A DNA stretch of 54,907 nt from Eudoraea sp. (lineage in GTDB: Bacteria; Bacteroidota; Bacteroidia; Flavobacteriales; Flavobacteriaceae). A program made the position numbers and the translations under genes. The stretch is taken from contig NZ_JBATGR010000207.1 of assembly GCF_049665975.1 (NCBI RefSeq), positions 1-54,907 on the forward strand, given 5' to 3'. The notes beneath the pieces are model-generated. The model worked only from the letters and a program-made list of their open reading frames with translations, was not told the origin of the DNA and made no database searches. Of the stretch, positions 49,087-54,907 are shown in pieces; the stretch's first letter is position 1, and each line of letters starts with the position of its first letter.

Positions 49087-49872
49087 TTACTTATTTATCT
49101 TAAATGAACCAGATTCCGGGTTAAAGGTGATGGTGTCTTTGGGGAATAAGTCCTCAAAGCTTTTGCTCTCGATGAGTTCACAGGGTGCACCAAAAGTATT
49201 TTTAGCCCTATTCATAATAAATATTTTATCACATAGCTGGATAGCCAGATCTATTTCATGGGTAGTGTAAAGAACCACCTTATTAGTGTCATGAGCAATT
49301 CTTTGTAATAATTTTAAAATGTGTACTTTATGATAAAGATCTAGATGCGTAGTGGGCTCATCTAAAAGTATTATCTCGGTGTCCTGGGCCAAAGCTCTGG
49401 CAATCATAACCTTTTGTAATTGGCCATCACTAAGTTCATAACACTTATTATTTTTTAAACTTTCCAATTCTAAAACTCCAATAGCGTTTTGGATTTTAGA
49501 TAGATCCTCAGCAGTTAAAGTCCCTATCCAGTTGGTATAAGGATGTCTTCCTAAACTAATAAGTTGTGATACCGTTAGATTTTTTGATGCGATTGGCTCT
49601 GTAAGTACTACACTCACAAAGGTTGCAAGTTCATCTGACTTTAAGGATTCAATGGGCTTTTTGTTTATCATTACAGAACCGGATAATTTGGGCTGTACTC
49701 GTCCTAAAGTTCGCAAAAGAGTTGACTTGCCAATACCGTTTATACCAACAATTGCCCCAAGCTCACCTTTGGTAAGTCCAAAACTAATATGGTCAGCTAC
49801 ATCCGTTTGTTTTTTACCTGAGGTGTACCCAATGGCCAACTTCTTGGCTTCTAAGATGATATGTTTTTTTAT
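49087..49872 (-). CDS. ABC transporter ATP-binding protein (BtuD/FecE-like); start uncertain (TTG at 49839 or ATA at 49872/49875)
   Basis: Walker A GINGIGKST, signature LSDGQ, DEPTTHLD and TTHE. The upstream in-frame sequence encodes KKHIILEAKKL. Confidence 0.88.
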   Translation of the reverse strand: MKKHIILEAKKLAIGYTSGKKQTDVADHISFGLTKGELGAIVGINGIGKSTLLRTLGRVQPKLSGSVMINKKPIESLKSDELATFVSVVLTEPIASKNLTVSQLISLGRHPYTNWIGTLTAEDLSKIQNAIGVLELESLKNNKCYELSDGQLQKVMIARALAQDTEIILLDEPTTHLDLYHKVHILKLLQRIAHDTNKVVLYTTHEIDLAIQLCDKIFIMNRAKNTFGAPCELIESKSFEDLFPKDTITFNPESGSFKINK

Positions 49873-49902
49873 TATGGAGATGATTGAGGTTTTTATAAGT
49901 GA

Positions 49903-50934
49903 TTAAAATATCATTTTCTTCTTTCGCACCAATAACCAAATAACTACAGGGGCACCTACAACTGAAGTAATTGCGTTTAATGGCAATACATAGGAGGATG
50001 TGGGCAACTGAGCTATCAAATCACAAAGTAACAGAAGTATTGCCCCGTACACAAGTACTGCAGGCACCAATATTCTATGATCTGTTGTATTAAAAACCTG
50101 ACGAGTTAAGTGAGGGACAGCAAGTCCTATAAAAGCAATAGGCCCTGCAAAAGCCGTTACCGCACCTGCCAGTAAACCTGTGGCAATAATAATTATGAAG
50201 CGAGTTTTCTTTATGTGTACACCCAGACTACGCGCATAATTCTCTCCCAGCAACAAGGCATTGAGCGATTTAACAGAAATGATACTCAATATTATACCAG
50301 CAAGAATAAATACGCTTAACACAGCCAGTTGTACCGCAGATAAATTCCCCACGCTGCCAAATGCCCAAAAGATATATTGTTGCAATCTTTCAGCATCGGT
50401 GAAATAAGAAAGGACGCTTACCAGAGCAGCAGTTATACTGCCGAACATTAATCCAATTATGAGCAATGCCATGGTATCTTTTACTCTTGAAGCTACAGTA
50501 ATTACAGCCAAAAGAACTAAAAAACTTCCAATACTTGAAGCAATGGCGAGCGAAACATCATTGATGACTTCAAAAATAAACCAATGAGAAAAAAGTGTAG
50601 ATCCCATGATTAAAAGCGCCGCACCCAGGCTTGCGCCAGAGCTTATTCCCAAAACAAAAGGACCTGCTAAAGGGTTTCTAAATAGAGTCTGCATTAATAA
50701 ACCACTTAGCGACAGTCCGCTACCGACTAAAATAGCGGTAAAGGCCTTTGGAATCCTGTAATTCCATATGATATAATGCCATGATTCATTTACAACTACT
50801 CCTCCAAAAATACTCTTAATAGTCTCTTTAAACGGAATGGCTACAGATCCAAGGCTTAGATTAAGCACAAAACAAAAAAGTAAAACCAGAAATAGGATTA
50901 GGAAAGGAAACAGGTATGTTTTTGATCTTTGCAC
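49903..50934 (-). CDS. ABC transporter permease (BtuC/FecCD family)
   Basis: QTLFRNPLAGP, LGENYARSLG and GPIAFIGLAVPH. Confidence 0.92.
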   Translation of the reverse strand: MQRSKTYLFPFLILFLVLLFCFVLNLSLGSVAIPFKETIKSIFGGVVVNESWHYIIWNYRIPKAFTAILVGSGLSLSGLLMQTLFRNPLAGPFVLGISSGASLGAALLIMGSTLFSHWFIFEVINDVSLAIASSIGSFLVLLAVITVASRVKDTMALLIIGLMFGSITAALVSVLSYFTDAERLQQYIFWAFGSVGNLSAVQLAVLSVFILAGIILSIISVKSLNALLLGENYARSLGVHIKKTRFIIIIATGLLAGAVTAFAGPIAFIGLAVPHLTRQVFNTTDHRILVPAVLVYGAILLLLCDLIAQLPTSSYVLPLNAITSVVGAPVVIWLLVRKKKMIF

Positions 50935-52094
50935 TACTGTAGGGGTTTAAAAAAGAAAAGCTGGTGTTCCGGAAGTAATTCGGGATGAAAGATATAGATA
51001 AGGTCTTTTAAGATCAAATCTGGCCTTGCAGGTCCCAACTCATAAAACAACAAACCTCCGCTATCACCTTTCGTATTGGCAAAAGTGTATATTTTTTTTT
51101 CTTTATAGGCCTTAAACTGGCTATAATGCCTACTTGCCTCATCAAGTTCATTGTAAGATATAAATTGAGAAGGAGACACCCAAAATGAAGCGTTACTGGC
51201 TTTTGCAAGCACACTTTCTACACTTAGTGAAAGACTTCCGGTTGTGTTAGTATCGTTCCATAAGTAATCTGCATTGGCGTCATTAATAAAGCTTGCTGCC
51301 CAACTTTTCCCACCCGGGAGATACCATACATCTTTATAAAGGGCTCCGCTAAGTACTGTTGGTTTGTTTTTTGCCTTCTTCGCTAAAACCTTAGCGGCCA
51401 AATAATTTGATTCAGTAGTCTTAAAAATGTCTTCAGCCTTCTCCTCCAAACTAAAGAAAGGTGCAAAGAATTTAATCCACTCTGCCTTACCCAAAGGGGT
51501 TTGTTCTGTCCAATCTCCATTGTAAACAACCGGAATATTTGAACGCTGAAGAGTTTTATAGGCCTTATTTTGATTATTTATACTGAAACCTATTAGTAGA
51601 TCTGGATTAAGGTTTATGACCATTTCAGTATTAATGGATTCGTTATTACCCAAATCTGCTATTTTTCCCTCATCTATTTTTTTTCTGGTAACTTTTGAAG
51701 AAATATATCTGGTATCAGGAAAGCCTATGAGCTTGTCAATAACTCCCAGATTCTCCAAAGCCGGTATATGCGTTGTTGAGGTGGTGATAATTCGTTCCAC
51801 GGGAACGGTTATAATTGCATCAAAATCTTTTTTGTTTAGTTTAGATACTATTTTAAGTTCTTTGGGCACTAAAGCGTAGGTAAAAGCCTTCTCTGCATCT
51901 GGCCAGGGAGAAAATACCTTAATTATGGTAATTCCGGAAGCAGACTTTTCTATTGAAAATCCTTTTGCATGATTTATGGCAACTAAATCCCTATTTAAAG
52001 TTTCAGACAAAGAAATCTCACTTTTCTCTTTACATGAAACGAGGGTTAGAATCAGACTGAGTAAGGCTATATATTTAAATGAGAATTTATTCAT
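50934..52094 (-). CDS. ABC transporter substrate-binding lipoprotein (BtuF/FecB-like)
   Basis: Lipobox LVS-C; VPVERII, EQTPLGKAEWIKF and RPDLILKDL. The ATG at 52094 is preferred to the GTG at 52100. Confidence 0.88.
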   Translation of the reverse strand: MNKFSFKYIALLSLILTLVSCKEKSEISLSETLNRDLVAINHAKGFSIEKSASGITIIKVFSPWPDAEKAFTYALVPKELKIVSKLNKKDFDAIITVPVERIITTSTTHIPALENLGVIDKLIGFPDTRYISSKVTRKKIDEGKIADLGNNESINTEMVINLNPDLLIGFSINNQNKAYKTLQRSNIPVVYNGDWTEQTPLGKAEWIKFFAPFFSLEEKAEDIFKTTESNYLAAKVLAKKAKNKPTVLSGALYKDVWYLPGGKSWAASFINDANADYLWNDTNTTGSLSLSVESVLAKASNASFWVSPSQFISYNELDEASRHYSQFKAYKEKKIYTFANTKGDSGGLLFYELGPARPDLILKDLIYIFHPELLPEHQLFFFKPLQ

Positions 52095-52145
52095 AAACAC
52101 TTTCGCAAGGTAACAAAAGTCACATTTCTAAAATTGTATACTTTC

Positions 52146-52153
52146 TAAATTTG
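52146..52153 (+). promoter_or_regulatory. -7 element (TAAATTTG) upstream of the 38-aa microprotein gene
   Basis: TAnnTTTG 14 bp upstream of the ATG at 52168. Confidence 0.6.
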
Positions 52154-52167
52154 TTAAAAATTCTCAT

Positions 52168-52284
52168 ATGGGAAGAGATTCTAATATCATAGTTTACATC
52201 ATTGGAGGAATTGTATTACTTCATTTCATTGTTGGAATCCTCTGGCTTATTATAAAACTGGGAGGGAAAAGAGACTCGGACTAG
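52168..52284 (+). CDS. Putative single-pass membrane microprotein (38 aa)
   Basis: Manual translation MGRDSNIIVYIIGGIVLLHFIVGILWLIIKLGGKRDSD: a hydrophobic core of about 23 residues with a central His and charged ends; has its own -7 element. Confidence 0.7.
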   Translation: MGRDSNIIVYIIGGIVLLHFIVGILWLIIKLGGKRDSD

Positions 52285-52310
52285 AGAAATTGTACTACAT
52301 TAGTCTCGAA

Positions 52311-52545
52311 TTTTGGTTTTCACTTCTTTATTTAGATATGAAATTAAAAGGGAATCCGGTTTAATTCCGGAACTGTTCCCGCAACTGTAAGCTTAGTTCC
52401 TTTAATAAGGAACGCTTGTTACTACTTCAGAACCACTGTTTGTGCTCAATAAATTGAACATCCACGGGAAGGTAGGTGGCAAGACGCAAGTCAGGAGACC
52501 TGCCCAATTCAACAAACAATGTTAAACTTTCGGGATAAAAGTTTG
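52311..52545 (+). ncRNA. Cobalamin (B12) riboswitch
   Basis: Conserved elements AAAAGGGAATCCGGT-TTAA-TTCCGGAACTGTTCCCGCAACTGTAA, CCACTG...GGGAAGG, and B12 box AAGTCAGGAGACCTGCC. A downstream P13-like hairpin has loop CGGGA complementary to L5 TCCCG. It lies upstream of a TonB-dependent receptor. Confidence 0.93.
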
Positions 52546-52592
52546 CGTATAGGAACATCTGTACATTTTTCCCGCAAAATAATTTGAATTTA

Positions 52593-54458
52593 ATGATAAA
52601 AAGATGCTCTCTTTTTTGCATTCTTTATGTATTGGCATCAATGGTTTCTGCCCAGAATCAAAAGGATACCATGGAGTTACAGGAATTGGATGAGGTTGTG
52701 GTCAGTGATTCCAGATTTCCTATAAAAAGAGAGAATTCGGGTAAAACAGTTATAAAGATAACTTCTAAAGAATTGGAAAGGAATCAGGGAAAAACTGTAG
52801 CAGAAATAATTAACACCAAAAGTGGAATTGAAATAAACGGGAGTCGTGGAAGGCAAGGAGAGGTATTGGGGGTTTTTGCCCGTGGTGGAAGAGGCAGGCA
52901 GGTTTTAATCTTGGTAGACGGTATTAGAGTTTCAGATCCTTCTTCTTTTTCTCAGGAATATGATCTTAGGTTACTTGCCACATCAAATATAGAATCAATT
53001 GAAATTATAAAAGGAGCTTCCAGTACGCTCTATGGTATGAGTGCAGCTACTGCCGTAATTAATATAACAAGCAAAAAGGTCTCGGACAAAAAAATTAGTG
53101 GTGAATTTCTATCCAGTATTGGGACGAACCAATCTTCATTTGAAAAGAACTATAATATTGCAGATTTTAGCAACACCGCCTTGGTTGCCGGAACCCTTGA
53201 GAGTTTTACCTATTCTCTGGGTTTTTCCAATGTGTATACCAATGGTTTATCATCAATTATTACCGAAACTAATGAGGAAGACCCTTTTTCAAGATATAAT
53301 ATTGATCTAAAATTAGGATATTCATTTAATCATAAAGTAAATCTTACTATTTACGCTAATCATACGAATCTGAACAGTGCTTATGATGAATCTTTTGGCT
53401 TAATTGATGCTCCCTACACTTTTCTTACTGAACAAAAACGTTTGGGGTTATCTTCCAAATGGATCTATGAAAAAGGCGATTTAAACTTAAACGGTTCGTT
53501 CACTAATTATAAGTCGGATAACAGGAGTGCTTTTCCTTCTATGTTTGAAGGGAATAATTATATAGTTGATTTGTTTAACAGATATACTTTCGATGAAAGT
53601 ATATATGCGATTTTGGGCCTGAATTATAATCTGGACAGGGCTGAAGTTGATGGAGTTCAGGAATTCTCACTGATAGATCCTTATGCAAATTTGGTTTATG
53701 TTTCATCTTTTGGATTGAATATAAATGCAGGGCTGCGACTAAACCTGCACTCGGAGTATGGTTCACATTTGGTATATAATATTAATCCATCTTATTCAAT
53801 GGCATTAGATGAGGGTTATTTAAAATTTATGGGTTCTTATGCCACTTCTTATATCACACCTTCTTTAAGTCAGTTATTTGGGATGTTTGGTGCAAACCCA
53901 TTTTTAGAACCTGAAACTAACAGGACTGCTGAAGGGGGTTTGGAGGTTAAAGCAAATGAGAAATTAAGGTTTAGCGCTCTGTATTTTAATAGAAAAGAAG
54001 ACAATTTTGTATTTTTTGATAATACACTTTTTCAATATTTTAATGCCTCAAATACAATTAATGTGCAAGGTTTGGAAGCCCAATTAAACTGGGCGCCTCT
54101 TTTGAAAATGAATTTGAGCGCAAACTACACTTTTACCGAAAGGAAAGGAGATAACGCAATAAGAATACCTAAGCATAGTGTCAACGCGGCTTTTAGCTAT
54201 AGTTTTTCAACCAGAACCTATACATCACTTACGTATTCTTATACAGGGAAACGCCTGGATACTGATTTTAACACATTTGATGATCAGGTTCTCGAACCTT
54301 TTTCAACCTTTGGATTTTATATATCGCAGGAAGTAATAGTAAACAAACTCAAATTCTTTTTAAATATAGAAAATGTGTTTAACACCAATTTTACTGAGGT
54401 AATTGGATTTACCACAAGAGGTAGGAACCTTAGATTAGGATTGAATTTAAAACTATAA
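52593..54458 (+). CDS. btuB: TonB-dependent receptor, probable cobalamin transporter
   Basis: Signal peptide, TonB box-like ELDEVVVS, plug motifs ILVDG and IESIEIIKGASSTLYG, and a beta-barrel C-terminus; downstream of the B12 riboswitch. The ATG at 52593 is preferred to the TTG at 52584. Confidence 0.88.
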   Translation: MIKRCSLFCILYVLASMVSAQNQKDTMELQELDEVVVSDSRFPIKRENSGKTVIKITSKELERNQGKTVAEIINTKSGIEINGSRGRQGEVLGVFARGGRGRQVLILVDGIRVSDPSSFSQEYDLRLLATSNIESIEIIKGASSTLYGMSAATAVINITSKKVSDKKISGEFLSSIGTNQSSFEKNYNIADFSNTALVAGTLESFTYSLGFSNVYTNGLSSIITETNEEDPFSRYNIDLKLGYSFNHKVNLTIYANHTNLNSAYDESFGLIDAPYTFLTEQKRLGLSSKWIYEKGDLNLNGSFTNYKSDNRSAFPSMFEGNNYIVDLFNRYTFDESIYAILGLNYNLDRAEVDGVQEFSLIDPYANLVYVSSFGLNINAGLRLNLHSEYGSHLVYNINPSYSMALDEGYLKFMGSYATSYITPSLSQLFGMFGANPFLEPETNRTAEGGLEVKANEKLRFSALYFNRKEDNFVFFDNTLFQYFNASNTINVQGLEAQLNWAPLLKMNLSANYTFTERKGDNAIRIPKHSVNAAFSYSFSTRTYTSLTYSYTGKRLDTDFNTFDDQVLEPFSTFGFYISQEVIVNKLKFFLNIENVFNTNFTEVIGFTTRGRNLRLGLNLKL

Positions 54459-54465
54459 GTTATTA

Positions 54466-54907
54466 TTATTTCAAATCAAGATTTAGATGAAGAGGCTTAT
54501 CCAACACCATATTGTCCTTCATTGGCGTAAACATTTTAGAACTGGTAAATAGCTCAACAGGCGTCTTTACGGTAAAATCCCTTTTCCCCGAAATACCTGC
54601 AATTTCTTCAATGGCCCTGGCTAGGTATGGTTCATTTTCATCACCCAAAACTCCCAGGTTTTCTAAATCTTCTTTTAATTCAATATCCGGGTCAAAACCT
54701 GCGGTATAATCCGAGAAGCCTACAGAATTTTCGTTTCTTCCAACTAATGGCTGTATGGCCCAGTTATTAGCGGGATTAATCTGGTTTTCTCTGGAAGGGG
54801 TGTAAATAAAAGGAGCCCCATCCCGGTTAGGATCATCTACCATTGTAAGTGAAAATTCATTCTTACCACGGGTTGTAGTACCTATTTTAATAACTTCAAT
54901 ATAAGGG
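54466..54907 (-). CDS. C-terminal part of a probable S41-family peptidase (start outside window)
   Basis: The frame is open to the window edge: PYIEVIKIGTTTRGKNEFSLTMVDDP...GFSDYTAGFDPD...LGDENEPYLARAI. Confidence 0.7.
   Translation of the reverse strand, partial: PYIEVIKIGTTTRGKNEFSLTMVDDPNRDGAPFIYTPSRENQINPANNWAIQPLVGRNENSVGFSDYTAGFDPDIELKEDLENLGVLGDENEPYLARAIEEIAGISGKRDFTVKTPVELFTSSKMFTPMKDNMVLDKPLHLNLDLK

Noticed and set aside
49840..49905. Stop-codon read-through producing a permease-ATPase fusion
   Set aside because: The frames match, but the stop is TAA (an efficient terminator) with no recoding signal visible, and same-frame adjacency occurs by chance one time in three. An alternative start is simpler.
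52427..52621. 64-aa minus-strand ORF over the riboswitch
   Set aside because: It overlaps conserved riboswitch elements and the btuB start, and has no protein features.
1..54907. CRISPR arrays, tRNA/rRNA genes, IS elements, integrases, prophage or defence islands
   Set aside because: None seen by eye. All intergenic gaps are under about 500 bp and are largely explained by promoters, terminators, rpmH, the microprotein or the riboswitch. tRNAscan, Infernal and CRISPR finders would be needed to exclude weak cases formally.

Overview
AT-rich, gene-dense chromosomal window from a Bacteroidota bacterium, most likely a marine Flavobacteriaceae member. This assignment is inferred from TAnnTTTG -7 promoter elements, the absence of Shine-Dalgarno sites and the gene content. 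Most of it is core or semi-core genome: peptidases (M28, DPP III/M49, partial S41), a fused trehalose-6-P synthase/phosphatase divergent from a GH15, a PLP decarboxylase, a MarR-led beta-oxidation operon plus acyl-CoA ligase, purL, an RsmB/NOP methyltransferase, an ECF sigma module, an envelope-glycan cluster (MsbA-like ABC, phosphomutase, GT2), rpmE2, mtaB, rpmH, carB, gnd/zwf/pgl, rmuC, and a cobalamin-riboswitch/BtuB locus with a divergent BtuFCD-like ABC transporter. I saw no CRISPR array, tRNA, rRNA, IS element, prophage or defence island. The strongest signals beyond standard annotation are non-coding or small. (1) Three near-identical ECF-type promoters define a self-contained four-gene ECF regulon at 24.8-27.0 kb; this is the best candidate for an uncharacterised system. 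(2) A perfect 34-bp palindrome abuts the -7 box of the MarR/fad operon. (3) A 38-aa membrane microprotein gene, missed by the ORF track, lies just upstream of the B12 riboswitch. (4) The riboswitch has an apparent competing-helix expression platform. (5) The B12/iron ABC ATPase probably needs a non-canonical ATA start. (6) Zwf ends in a terminal CxxC. Whether any of these is truly undescribed cannot be established without database searches.
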